Notes under the pieces: generated by a model | Seen by the model: only the letters and a program-made list of their open reading frames with translations | Database searches by the model: none | What the model was told of the DNA's origin: nothing | Assembly: GCA_964605745.1 (NCBI GenBank) | Contig: CAZSDT010000001.1 | Coordinates: 27,368 to 64,229 of the forward strand | Source of the DNA: an uncultured archaeon | Lineage (GTDB): Archaea > Iainarchaeota > Iainarchaeia > Iainarchaeales > JAAZKV01 | Length of the DNA stretch: 36,862 nt | Direction of reading: 5' to 3' | Program-made: the position numbers and the translations under genes | Shown: positions 18,445-27,429 of the stretch, piece after piece | Position numbering within the stretch: position 1 is the first letter of the stretch | How the letters are laid out: each line of letters starts with the position of its first letter

Positions 18445-19164
18445 ATGAAGAAAGTAGTAATTCCAGGAGAATTAGTCTCACAGGAAAGAAAGCGTCTTGG
18501 CAGTAACGTTTACGTTGCTAACGGGAAAATATATTCAAAAGTTTTGGGTATATCAGAAGATTCAGATGAACGAGCTAGTGTTGTTCCTCTTGAAGGAAAA
18601 TATTATCCACAACAAGATGATGTTGTTATTGGAGTAGTAACTAGAGCAATTTTTGCAGGCTACAATATTAACATTAATTCTTTTGTTGAATCTTTTATTC
18701 CAAAGAGTGTAATGAGAGAAGATCTAAAAGTTGGTGACTTAATCTCAGCTAAGGTTGAGTACATAAATGAATTAAGAGAAGCTGATTTAGGATTTCCAAG
18801 AAGAATGTTTGGCGGAGATGTAATTGAAGTTACTGCTGTTCGAACACCAAGATTAATTGGAAAGAGTGGTTCTATGCTTGAATTATTAAAGCAAGGAACT
18901 GGATGCGAAATAATTATTGGAAAGAATGGTAGAGTTTGGGCAAGAAATGGAAATATTGCTTTATTGAAAAAAATAGTTCTTTTCATTAATGATAACTCTT
19001 ACAAGAGTAATTTGACTAATGCTGTTGAAGAATTTTTCAAAGCTGAAGGAATCGCTGTTAATGTTCCAAAGAAAGAAATAGTTAATAATCAAAAAAATAA
19101 TTTAAAAGAAGAAAGTGAAGTTATGCAAAATAATTCAGAAGAGGAATCTGAATTGCTAAATTAA
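18445..19164 (+). CDS. rrp4: Exosome RNA-binding subunit Rrp4 (S1 + KH)
   Basis: 'VIPGELV' N-domain, S1 'DDVVIGVVT', KH 'IGKSGSMLELLKQGTGCEIIIGKNGRVW'. Confidence 0.9.
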   Translation: MKKVVIPGELVSQERKRLGSNVYVANGKIYSKVLGISEDSDERASVVPLEGKYYPQQDDVVIGVVTRAIFAGYNININSFVESFIPKSVMREDLKVGDLISAKVEYINELREADLGFPRRMFGGDVIEVTAVRTPRLIGKSGSMLELLKQGTGCEIIIGKNGRVWARNGNIALLKKIVLFINDNSYKSNLTNAVEEFFKAEGIAVNVPKKEIVNNQKNNLKEESEVMQNNSEEESELLN

Positions 19165-19195
19165 AAAAAATGGAAAACTTACGAAGGTGAATTAT

Positions 19196-20038
19196 ATGAG
19201 TGGTAGAGTTACAGAAAATATGCCAGACTACAAGAAAGATAAAAAAAGAGTAGATGGAAGAAAAATGGAAGACCTAAGACCAATGAGTATCAAAGTTGGT
19301 GTTTTACCTAATGCAGATGGTTCTGCATATCTAGAATGGGGACAAAATAAAGTTTATGCTGCGGTTTATGGGCCAAGAGAAGCTTTGCCTAAGCACACAC
19401 AAAATCCCTTGAAGGCAAATATTAAGGTAACTTACAGAATGACAACATTCTCAGTTCCTGAAAGAAAACAACCTAGACCAAATAGAAGAGATATGGAAAT
19501 TTCAAAAGTTTTAGGAGAAGCTTTAGACAAGGCAGTTTTCACTGAACAATTTCCTAATACAGAAATTGCTGTTTTAGTTGAAGTAGTGGATTCAAATGCT
19601 GGTTCAAGAGTTGCTTGCTTAACTGCAGCTTCTTGCGCAATGGCTGATGCTGGAATTCCAATGAGAGATATGGTAGCAGCTACTGGAGTAGGAAAAGCAT
19701 TTGGAGAATTAATCGTTGATTTGAATAAAGACGAAGAAGATGCTCCTGATGCAGTTGATATTCCATTTGGAATATTACCAAATTCTGGAGAAATAGTTTT
19801 GTTACAAATGGATGGAATTTTAACAAAAGCTGAATGGGAAAAAATTGCTGTGCTTGGAATGGATGCATGTAAAAAGATTTACGAAGTTCAAAAGAAAGCA
19901 TTGCAAGAAAAATTTCAATTAAGTGAAGTAGCTGATAATGCAATTGCACCAAGTGCAAGTGCTAAAAAAGATGCTAAAGCTGAAGTTGTAAATAAAAAAG
20001 AAACTAAAGATGTTAAAGCAAAAAAGGTGAGAAAATGA
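19196..20038 (+). CDS. rrp41: Exosome RNase PH subunit Rrp41, with a Lys/Ala-rich C-terminal tail
   Basis: 'RVDGRKMEDLRPMSIKVGVLPNADGSAYLEWGQNKVYAAVYGPRE'. GGTGA at 19186-19190 favours the ATG at 19196. Confidence 0.92.
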   Translation: MSGRVTENMPDYKKDKKRVDGRKMEDLRPMSIKVGVLPNADGSAYLEWGQNKVYAAVYGPREALPKHTQNPLKANIKVTYRMTTFSVPERKQPRPNRRDMEISKVLGEALDKAVFTEQFPNTEIAVLVEVVDSNAGSRVACLTAASCAMADAGIPMRDMVAATGVGKAFGELIVDLNKDEEDAPDAVDIPFGILPNSGEIVLLQMDGILTKAEWEKIAVLGMDACKKIYEVQKKALQEKFQLSEVADNAIAPSASAKKDAKAEVVNKKETKDVKAKKVRK

Positions 20039-20835
20039 GAACAACCGTCTTAGAATATGATGTATCAAAAATAGTTGAATCTGTTAAAGCTGGAAAGAGA
20101 GTTGACGGAAGAGCATTTGATCAACCAAGAGAATTTACTCTTGAACTTGATATGTGCAAAAACGCTGAAGCTAGTGCAAAAATTTGCATGGGCGAAACTC
20201 AAGTAATTGCTGGTGTGAAAGTTGGTGTAGATAAACCCTACCCTGATAATCCAGATGAAGGAGCAATTTCTTGCGGAGCAGAACTATTAGCATTAGCTCA
20301 CTCTGAATATGAATCAGGTGCTCCATCTTTTGATGAAATTGAAATAGCAAGAGTAGTTGATAGAGGTATTAGAGAATCAAAAGCAATTGATTTCACTAAG
20401 CTTTGCATAAAAGAAGGAGAATCCTGCTGGATTGCTTTCATGGATTTTTATGCACTCAACGCAGATGGTAATCTGTTTGATGCAGGATCTATCGCTGGTT
20501 TAGCAGCATTCTTGACTACAAAATTGCCAAAACTTAATGATAAAAATAAAATCATTAAGCACGAGTACACTGGAAAACTTGAATTAAAGAGACTTCCTTT
20601 GTTAACAACTTTCGTTAAAGTTGGCGGGCAAATATTAGTTGACCCAACTTACTTGGAAGAAAAAGCAAGTGAAGCAAGATTTTCAGTTGCAACAACTGAA
20701 GACGGATTCATGTCAGCTATGCAAAAAGGACCAGGTATATTCACTGTTGAAGAAATCAACAAAATGATTGACTTGGGCTTTAAAGTAGCAGATGAACGAA
20801 GAAAGAAATTAATGAAAATAGTGAAGGGTAACTAA
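20035..20835 (+). CDS. rrp42: Exosome RNase PH-like subunit Rrp42
   Basis: 'GKRVDGRAFDQPREF', RNase PH fold length, ATGA overlap with rrp41. Confidence 0.9.
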   Translation: MRTTVLEYDVSKIVESVKAGKRVDGRAFDQPREFTLELDMCKNAEASAKICMGETQVIAGVKVGVDKPYPDNPDEGAISCGAELLALAHSEYESGAPSFDEIEIARVVDRGIRESKAIDFTKLCIKEGESCWIAFMDFYALNADGNLFDAGSIAGLAAFLTTKLPKLNDKNKIIKHEYTGKLELKRLPLLTTFVKVGGQILVDPTYLEEKASEARFSVATTEDGFMSAMQKGPGIFTVEEINKMIDLGFKVADERRKKLMKIVKGN

Positions 20836-20905
20836 ATGTTAATTACTTTGGGTTTGGCTTTTAATAATTGGCCAAATCCTTTGTTTTTAATGGCTTTTTA
20901 GAAAG

Positions 20906-20913
20906 TTTATAAA
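20906..20913 (+). promoter_or_regulatory. TATA box (TTTATAAA) upstream of eL43
   Basis: 38-45 nt upstream of the ATG at 20951. GGTGA Shine-Dalgarno at 20939-20943. Confidence 0.5.
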
Positions 20914-20950
20914 CCTTTCTTAGAGGGAATCTTGTATTGGTGAGCTAAAA

Positions 20951-21316
20951 ATGGGTAACACAAAAAAAGTTGGTAAAACTGGAAGATTTAGTTCTAGATA
21001 CGGTGTAGGTATCAGAAAAAGAATTATTGCTACTGAAAATAAACAAGGTTCATTATCAAATTGTCCTTTTTGCGGTTTTGATACAGTTAAGCGAGAAGCT
21101 GCTGGATTATTCTTTTGTAAAAAATGTAGTAATAAATTTACTGGCGGAGCATACGAAACAAGAACTTTGATTGGAAAAACTATTGTTAAAATGGTTGCAC
21201 AAAAAGCTTTCCTTGCTGATGCTAAAATTTTATTAAAAGAAAGTGAATCTTCTTTCTCTGATATTGAAAGAGAAGTTGAAGAATCTTTAGTTAAAGATAA
21301 AGCAGATAAACAATAA
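20951..21316 (+). CDS. rpl37ae: Ribosomal protein eL43 (L37Ae) with an acidic C-terminal extension
   Basis: 'GRFSSRYGVGIRKR' plus a C4 zinc ribbon 'CPFCG...CKKC'. About 30 extra C-terminal residues. Confidence 0.92.
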   Translation: MGNTKKVGKTGRFSSRYGVGIRKRIIATENKQGSLSNCPFCGFDTVKREAAGLFFCKKCSNKFTGGAYETRTLIGKTIVKMVAQKAFLADAKILLKESESSFSDIEREVEESLVKDKADKQ

Positions 21317-21334
21317 TTTTTGGGGGAATAAAAG

Positions 21335-21469
21335 ATGGCTTATAAATGTGCAAAATGTTCTACCGAAGTTACTATGGTTTCTGAAGGATTAGTTAGATGT
21401 CCCTCTTGTGGTCATAGAGTATTATACAAAACTCGCGAACCAATATCTAAAGTAATTAGAACTGATTAA
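21335..21469 (+). CDS. rpoP: DNA-directed RNA polymerase subunit P (Rpo12/RpoP); absent from the supplied ORF track (44 aa)
   Basis: My translation is MAYKCAKCSTEVTMVSEGLVRCPSCGHRVLYKTREPISKVIRTD*. It has a CxxC...CxxCGHR(V)LYK zinc ribbon and sits at the conserved position after eL43. Confidence 0.85.
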   Translation: MAYKCAKCSTEVTMVSEGLVRCPSCGHRVLYKTREPISKVIRTD

Positions 21470-21521
21470 TTATTAATTTGCAGAACAATTTTTTTAAAAA
21501 ATTGTTTTGTATTTTATTTTT

Positions 21522-21761
21522 ATGTTTTTTCTTCAAGTAAAACTTGATTTTGATTCAAAAGAAGCGGCTTTAAGATTTTTTAAATCAATTAAACCAGAAC
21601 TTGAAGAAGAGTATTTGCGAAGCAAAATGAAGATTACTCAAAACAAAGAAAAGTTAGAAGTTTTTGTTAGCGCTCAGGACAAAACTGCATTAAGGGCTTC
21701 ACTTAATTCCTTGCTTAAACCCCTTGTTTTATTTGATAGTATTGAAAAATTAGGTGAGTGA
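21522..21761 (+). CDS. pcc1: KEOPS subunit Pcc1-like protein
   Basis: 'ALRASLNSLLKPLVLFDSIEKL' matches the Pcc1/LAGE3 'LRxSxNSxLxxLxL' signature. ~80 aa, superoperon position. Confidence 0.7.
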   Translation: MFFLQVKLDFDSKEAALRFFKSIKPELEEEYLRSKMKITQNKEKLEVFVSAQDKTALRASLNSLLKPLVLFDSIEKLGE

Positions 21762-21918
21762 GGAACCCACCTAAGAAGTTATAATAAATTAGGTTCTTCG
21801 CGTTACAAAATGGCAGTATTAAGCCATTTTGTTTAAATAAAAGGGCAAAAGAAAGTAATTAATTAGTTTGGTATAAGAATTTTTTTAATAAACATTATTT
21901 TTGTGAGGGGTGTATGAT

Positions 21919-22278
21919 ATGAATGAAGAAGAACAAAGAGCAGCTCTTTTAGAGTTTGAGAGAAATAGACAAATGCTTGGGAATATAAATGCTCAAAAGC
22001 AACAAGTGGCATTCCAATTAGAAATGGTTAATGCTTCTTTGGAAGAAATGGGCAAGACTAAGGAAAAAACGGTTTACAAAGTTGTTGGTAACGTTTTGTT
22101 CTTAAAAGATGCTAAAGAAATGGAAAAAGAATTAAAGGAAAAGAAAGAATCTACTGAACTTAGATTAAAAACTGTTGAAAAACAAGAAGAAGTATTAATT
22201 AAGAAATTAAATTCAATCAAAGCAAAGATTGAAGGCGAAGCTAAGGAAGCAGAAGAAAAGAAAAAAGACAAGAACTAA
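21919..22278 (+). CDS. pfdB: Prefoldin subunit beta
   Basis: ~120-aa coiled coil / beta-hairpin / coiled coil layout ('TVYKVVGNVLFLKDAKE' hairpin). Confidence 0.85.
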   Translation: MNEEEQRAALLEFERNRQMLGNINAQKQQVAFQLEMVNASLEEMGKTKEKTVYKVVGNVLFLKDAKEMEKELKEKKESTELRLKTVEKQEEVLIKKLNSIKAKIEGEAKEAEEKKKDKN

Positions 22279-22301
22279 ATAATTAATTCTAAAAAAAGTT
22301 G

Positions 22302-22347
22302 CTTGCACTTTTAATTAAGTGCAAGTTGCTTTAAACTGTTTTTTTTT
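22302..22347 (+). terminator. Hairpin plus T9 terminating the superoperon
   Basis: 9-bp stem cttgcactt(22302-22310)/aagtgcaag(22317-22325), loop ttaatt, T-run 22339-22347. Confidence 0.55.
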
Positions 22348-22412
22348 ATAAAATTCTATTTTCTTTTCCCACTCAAAACCCTTAATAATAACCTTAACTA
22401 AAATTACTACAA

Positions 22413-23423
22413 ATGAAAGGATTGTCTAAAACCAAAATTATTCAAGTGTGTAAATCTAAGCGTGTTTTACTACTTTGTCATGAGCATGCTGATTTGGATT
22501 CTTTTTGTTCGGCTGCAATATTTCAAAGATTTTTAAATAAAAATAAAATTCAAGCAACTATTGCAGTTCCTTCTCATATTAATGAACAAGCAAAAAACGT
22601 TTCTGAAGAGTTGAAGATTAGTTATATTTCGAATCCAAATTTGAATGAGTTTGATATTGTTTTGATTTTTGATTTGAATTCGTTTGAGCAATTGGGTGTC
22701 TTAAAAGAAATTTTTATTGAATTCATGAACAAAAAATTAATTAGGGTAATTGTTTTTGATCATCATGTTTCAAATAAAACCTGCATTGTGTATGGGGGGG
22801 ATTGTGTTATTGATGAGAGCATGGTTTCAACCACTCAATTAATTTACAATTTCTTGGACACATCTAACACTACCCAAAAATTAAAAGATTTTGATTCATT
22901 AATGCATTTTCTTAATTGCATTGGTATATTAGAAGATACAGGTCATTTTATTGTTTCTTCCTCTAAAGCATTTAGTGATTTTGCAATTTCTTTAAAAAAA
23001 TCAAATAAAACTTATGCACAGGTTTTATCTTTCACAAAAAATGAATTTGATAATGGTGAAAGAATTGCTTTACTAAAAGCTTCTCAGCGTTCAAAAATAA
23101 CTCAAATAAAAAATATTATATTAATAACAAGTACAGTTTCTTTTTACCAATCCTTTGTTGCAACGAAATTGCTTAATTTTGGTGCAAATATTTCTTTAGT
23201 TTCTGGAATTGAAAAGAGAGGTTTGTGTGTTTTGAGTGCAAGAGCAGATTCTTTATTTAAAGAAAAAAATAATTTTAATTTGGTAAAAGATTTGCTTTTG
23301 CCACTTAAAGAAAATTTAGGTGGAGAAATTGGCGGTCACTCCGGAGCAGCTCAGTGGAAAGGCAAAAGTACTCCAGAAGAAGTTTTAAGTATTGCAACTG
23401 AGATTCTAAAAAAGAGATTATAA
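22413..23423 (+). CDS. DHH/DHHA1 phosphoesterase (NrnA/RecJ-like)
   Basis: 'LLLCHEHADLDSFCSA' (motif I/II), 'VFDHHV' (DHH), 'GGHSGAAQ' (DHHA1). Confidence 0.85.
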   Translation: MKGLSKTKIIQVCKSKRVLLLCHEHADLDSFCSAAIFQRFLNKNKIQATIAVPSHINEQAKNVSEELKISYISNPNLNEFDIVLIFDLNSFEQLGVLKEIFIEFMNKKLIRVIVFDHHVSNKTCIVYGGDCVIDESMVSTTQLIYNFLDTSNTTQKLKDFDSLMHFLNCIGILEDTGHFIVSSSKAFSDFAISLKKSNKTYAQVLSFTKNEFDNGERIALLKASQRSKITQIKNIILITSTVSFYQSFVATKLLNFGANISLVSGIEKRGLCVLSARADSLFKEKNNFNLVKDLLLPLKENLGGEIGGHSGAAQWKGKSTPEEVLSIATEILKKRL

Positions 23424-23491
23424 AATAAATTTTAATTTAACTATTTAAAATAATTGCAAAGAATAATTACAAAAAATTAGATTATTTTTAT

Positions 23492-23899
23492 TTATTTTAA
23501 ATAAACAACATTTTGTCCTTTCTTTATTTTTCCTCTATCTGCATATTTGAGTAAATAATGTACAGTTGATTTTGGAATTCCAGTGATTTTTTCAATTTCT
23601 CTTACTGTTTGGTAATCCTTTCTAAGTTGAATTATTTGGAGCATTTTGTCCATTGGTAAATCAATTGCTCTCCCTCTTCTTTTTTCAAGTCCAATTGTTA
23701 TTCCCTTATCTTTTAATCTTTTTTGAGTTTTGGAAGGTAATCTTTTCAAGCAGGATGTAGAAATTGTTATTGTTTTAATTGGGCATTTTGTAATTAGTGT
23801 GTTTAAATTGTCCCACTTTATTGGTCGAACTAAATGTATTTCTGTAGTATCTTTTGGAATACTATCAATATTTGTGTGTTCTGTTATTGCATATTTCAT
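23492..23899 (-). CDS. Small protein with a C-terminal resolvase-type HTH
   Basis: 'TVREIEKITGIPKSTVHYLLKY' HTH. 4-nt overlap with the upstream PHP gene. Confidence 0.6.
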   Translation of the reverse strand: MKYAITEHTNIDSIPKDTTEIHLVRPIKWDNLNTLITKCPIKTITISTSCLKRLPSKTQKRLKDKGITIGLEKRRGRAIDLPMDKMLQIIQLRKDYQTVREIEKITGIPKSTVHYLLKYADRGKIKKGQNVVYLK

Positions 23900-24945
23900 T
23901 TTCTCAAAACCAATTTATCTTTCAAATTTAAAATCTTTTTCTTAATTCTAATTTTTTTTATTTTTTGTCCAATTTTTGCTATGTTTTGCTTTCTAGTTAT
24001 TCTTTTTATTGTTTTTATTCTTTTGCTTAGCCATTTTTTGTTGATTTTTTTTCCTAAATTTCTTTTTTTAAAAACATTTTTCTTGGCAAGGTAGGTTAAT
24101 CCTTCAATCATTTCTTTTTTTCCAATTATATCAACTGGATTTTTGGAATAAATATTAGGTCCTTTCCAAAGAATTTCTTTATTTTTGATCATATTTAAAA
24201 AATCTTTCTCATTTTTTGGTTTTCTTTTCATTTCAATTATTGCTGTTCCAATTGCGTTAGGATAGTGTGCATCACTTCCAACTGTAATAAATTGTGCTTC
24301 TTCTCCTAAGAGCATTCCTTTTCTGACTTTTTCAAGCGTACTTACAGCTAATTTTTCAATTTTCTTTTGTGGGTAATTAGTTGTTTTGTCAATGAGGAGT
24401 GCTTTAGTTGCTTTGTTTGTCCCAACGAAATCTAGTGCTCCATAAATTCCTTTAACAAATTTTCTTCCAAATAATAATTCGTTTGCACTTGCCAACATTC
24501 CATTGTAATATTCAACTCCCACACCAAATTTTTTCATTAATTGTTTTGTTTTCTCTTCTCCTATTACTTCGCAAGCCGAATCAGTTTTGTATCCATAAGG
24601 GTGGGGAAAACTTACAAGTAGATTATTTTCTTTTATAATTGTAAGTGCTTTTTCAATATTAATATCTTTTTTTTGTAATTCTAAAAAATCATATAATCTC
24701 TCATCTTCAGCAAATATTAGTAAATCTCCTGCGCTTGTCTTAGCCTCCATTCCTGCAATTAGCATTATTTCTTTTGGTTGAATTTTTTTTAGTTTTAAGT
24801 AAGCTTCTTTTGGTTTGTAATTTGAATGTTCCGTTATAGCAACAATTGAAAGTTTTTTTTCTTTTGCAGCTTTCCACCAATTAATAGGTTTAATTTTTTT
24901 CTCATTTAAGTGAGTGTGTAAATCCGCTAATACTCTTTGTTTCAT
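23896..24945 (-). CDS. PHP-domain metal-dependent phosphoesterase with a ~70-aa poly-Lys/Ile tail
   Basis: 'LADLHTHLN', 'VAITEHSN', 'GMEAKT', 'SFPHPYG' and 'VGSDAHYPN' match the PHP His/Asp motifs. Confidence 0.85.
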   Translation of the reverse strand: MKQRVLADLHTHLNEKKIKPINWWKAAKEKKLSIVAITEHSNYKPKEAYLKLKKIQPKEIMLIAGMEAKTSAGDLLIFAEDERLYDFLELQKKDINIEKALTIIKENNLLVSFPHPYGYKTDSACEVIGEEKTKQLMKKFGVGVEYYNGMLASANELLFGRKFVKGIYGALDFVGTNKATKALLIDKTTNYPQKKIEKLAVSTLEKVRKGMLLGEEAQFITVGSDAHYPNAIGTAIIEMKRKPKNEKDFLNMIKNKEILWKGPNIYSKNPVDIIGKKEMIEGLTYLAKKNVFKKRNLGKKINKKWLSKRIKTIKRITRKQNIAKIGQKIKKIRIKKKILNLKDKLVLRK

Positions 24946-25053
24946 ACTATATTTTTGTTTTTTCTCTTTAAATATCCTTTTTGTTTGGGTATTTTTCCTA
25001 TTTTAAGGTTTCTTTATTAATTTTTTGTAATAGATTTATTTTAGGTGATTTGT

Positions 25054-26340
25054 TTGATAGATCCAAGAATAATCCGGGAAAACCCTAGTGTGGTTAGAAA
25101 GAATCTGGAAATGAGAAGAGATCCAGTAATAATCCAAAGATTTGATTCGTGGCTATCGTCAGACAAAGAATGGAGAGAATTGAAGCAAAAAACTGATGAT
25201 TTGCGTTCAAAGAGAAATACAATTACTGAAAGCATAAAACAAGCAAAGATGAAGGGAGAAGACACTACTTCATTAATGAGCGAAGCTAAAGCTCTTCCTG
25301 ATGAAATTAAATCTTCTGAAACTAAATTAAAAGAACTTGAGGAAAAGAATAAAGAATTAATAATGCGAATCCCAAATATGCTTCATGAAAGTGTTCCTTA
25401 TGGTAAAGATGATACAGAAAATGTAATGGCAAAAACTTGGGGTGAAGTAGCAAAGAATCCAAATTTAATTCACCACGGAGAATTGGCAAAGAAATTAGGT
25501 GTTGCTGATTTTGACCGAGCAGTTAAGATTGCTGGTGAAGGATTTTATTATTTAAAAGGGGATTTAGCAATGCTTGATTTAGCTTTGCAGCGTTTAGCCC
25601 TTGATATATTAATTGAAAAAGGATTCACTCCAATTCAGCCTCCTTTAATGATGAATAGAAAAGCCTATTCTGGTGTAACCGATTTGGGAGATTTTGAAAC
25701 AGTAATGTACAAAATTGACGGAGTTGACAATTATATGATTGCAACTAGTGAGCACCCAATGGTTTCAATGTATATGGATGAAGTTTTTGAAGAAAAAGAT
25801 TTACAAACTCCAATACGTTTTGCCGGAATGAGTCCTTGTTTTAGAAAAGAAATTGGAAAACATGGTCTTGATGAAAGAGGATTTTTCAGAGTTCATCAGT
25901 TCAACAAAATTGAACAAGTGATTTTGTGCAAACCCGAAGACTCATGGAAAGAGTTTGATAGTATTTCAAAGAATCAAGAAACTTTTTTCCAAAAGTTGGA
26001 AATACCTTACCGTGTAGTTAATGTCTGTACTGGGGATATGGGTATTGTTGCAGCAAAGAAGTATGATTTAGAATGCTGGTCTCCAAGAGAAGGAAAATAT
26101 ATTGAACTTGGAAGCTGTTCTAATTGTACTGCATATCAAGCAGTAAGATTGAACATCAAATATAAGAAAGCTGATGGAACAAGAGAGTATGTTCATACTT
26201 TGAATAATACAATGGTTCCAACAACAAGAACTTTAAGAGTTTTAATAGAAACTTACCAAACTCCAGAGGGTACAATTAGAATTCCAAAAGCCCTTCAGCA
26301 ATATATGAATGGTAAAACCGAAATAAAAATGTTAAAGTAA
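25054..26340 (+). CDS. serS: Seryl-tRNA synthetase
   Basis: 'IDPRIIRENP' start, coiled-coil arm, class II motifs 'FRVHQFNKIE', 'GSCSNCTAYQAVRL', 'HTLNNTMVPTTRTLRVLIE'. The start is a TTG at 25054 after AGGTGA, or a GTG at 25045. Confidence 0.93.
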   Translation: MIDPRIIRENPSVVRKNLEMRRDPVIIQRFDSWLSSDKEWRELKQKTDDLRSKRNTITESIKQAKMKGEDTTSLMSEAKALPDEIKSSETKLKELEEKNKELIMRIPNMLHESVPYGKDDTENVMAKTWGEVAKNPNLIHHGELAKKLGVADFDRAVKIAGEGFYYLKGDLAMLDLALQRLALDILIEKGFTPIQPPLMMNRKAYSGVTDLGDFETVMYKIDGVDNYMIATSEHPMVSMYMDEVFEEKDLQTPIRFAGMSPCFRKEIGKHGLDERGFFRVHQFNKIEQVILCKPEDSWKEFDSISKNQETFFQKLEIPYRVVNVCTGDMGIVAAKKYDLECWSPREGKYIELGSCSNCTAYQAVRLNIKYKKADGTREYVHTLNNTMVPTTRTLRVLIETYQTPEGTIRIPKALQQYMNGKTEIKMLK

Positions 26341-26428
26341 TTTAGTTAATTCTTGGTAAAAGGCTCTTTTGGGCTTTTTACTAAGTTTCTTTTTTTATTT
26401 TTTTTATTATTAATTATTTAATTATTTC

Positions 26429-26992
26429 TTACTCATGATTTAATTGGTCTTGTACAATTTTGTTTCCAAAATCAAATTCCATTTTTGGTTTTATTATGAA
26501 TTTACATTTTTCTCCACTTATAGCGGCGCACTCTGCTTCTACGCAATCAATATTGTCTTCAAATATTTTAGAAAACATTCCTGCCAAAGTTCCTCGCAAA
26601 AAAACATCTGCGCTAATTTGAGTTTTTCCTTTTAGTTTTGCAGCAAAAGGAGAATTATCCAAAACAATTATTGCTCTTTTTGTTTCAGTTTGTAAATCAA
26701 TTTCTTGTAACTGCCCCCATCCTGAAGCAGTAAAAAAAGTTTTAATCAAATCAAGTTGTCTTTTCTTATCCCCTCCAAAGTTTGCTCCAAATTCTTTCAT
26801 TAGATTTTCTGCAGTGTTTTTTTTAATAGTTTCATAAATTTTTTTTTGAAATTCAATATCCTGTACTTTACATAATCCAGCAAGCGTTTCAATTGGTGCA
26901 ATTAAAAATGGTAAATCAATTAAGTAAAAATTATTGTGCGTGTATTTTAGAGTGCTAGTGAAAATGAATTTGTCAAAAAAACTATTAAGCAT
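26429..26992 (-). CDS. V4R (4-vinyl reductase) domain protein
   Basis: C-terminal 'FLRGTLAGMFSKIFEDNIDCVEAECAAISGEKCKFIIKP' is the V4R signature (CxExxC...GxxxCxF). Confidence 0.75.
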   Translation of the reverse strand: MLNSFFDKFIFTSTLKYTHNNFYLIDLPFLIAPIETLAGLCKVQDIEFQKKIYETIKKNTAENLMKEFGANFGGDKKRQLDLIKTFFTASGWGQLQEIDLQTETKRAIIVLDNSPFAAKLKGKTQISADVFLRGTLAGMFSKIFEDNIDCVEAECAAISGEKCKFIIKPKMEFDFGNKIVQDQLNHE

Positions 26993-27344
26993 TTTCTCGC
27001 CCCTCCTTTAATGCACTTTGAATTATTGCGCTTAGGTGTTCTGGTTCTTGCTGTTTTAAAATATCATGAATAGTTCGGTACTTTTCAACTAATAATGGCC
27101 AAACAATAAGTGTATTCCCGGATTTTTTTGAAACAATTAGTTTTCGTTCAATTAATTTTTTTAAATAGTATATGTATTTTGAACTTGCTCTTTTTTGTGA
27201 TTCGCGACTTTTTACATCTTCATTTAAATTTGATGCGATTTCAGTTGCAGTAGTTGGCCATTTTTCTAAAATAGTTGAATATACTTTTTTTTCAATTTCG
27301 CTAAGTTTAAGTATTTCTGGCAAGACAGATTTTATTTCTTTCAT
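26985..27344 (-). CDS. Winged-helix (TrmB/MarR-like) putative transcription regulator
   Basis: 'LSEIEKKVYSTILEKWPTTATEIASNL' HTH. 8-nt overlap with the V4R gene. Confidence 0.55.
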   Translation of the reverse strand: MKEIKSVLPEILKLSEIEKKVYSTILEKWPTTATEIASNLNEDVKSRESQKRASSKYIYYLKKLIERKLIVSKKSGNTLIVWPLLVEKYRTIHDILKQQEPEHLSAIIQSALKEGRENA

Positions 27345-27429
27345 TATGTTAAAACAATAAAATTTAACCTATTTAATACTACTTATTTCTGGCATGACAC
27401 AAAATTTGCAATTTTGTTTTTTTTTAGTT

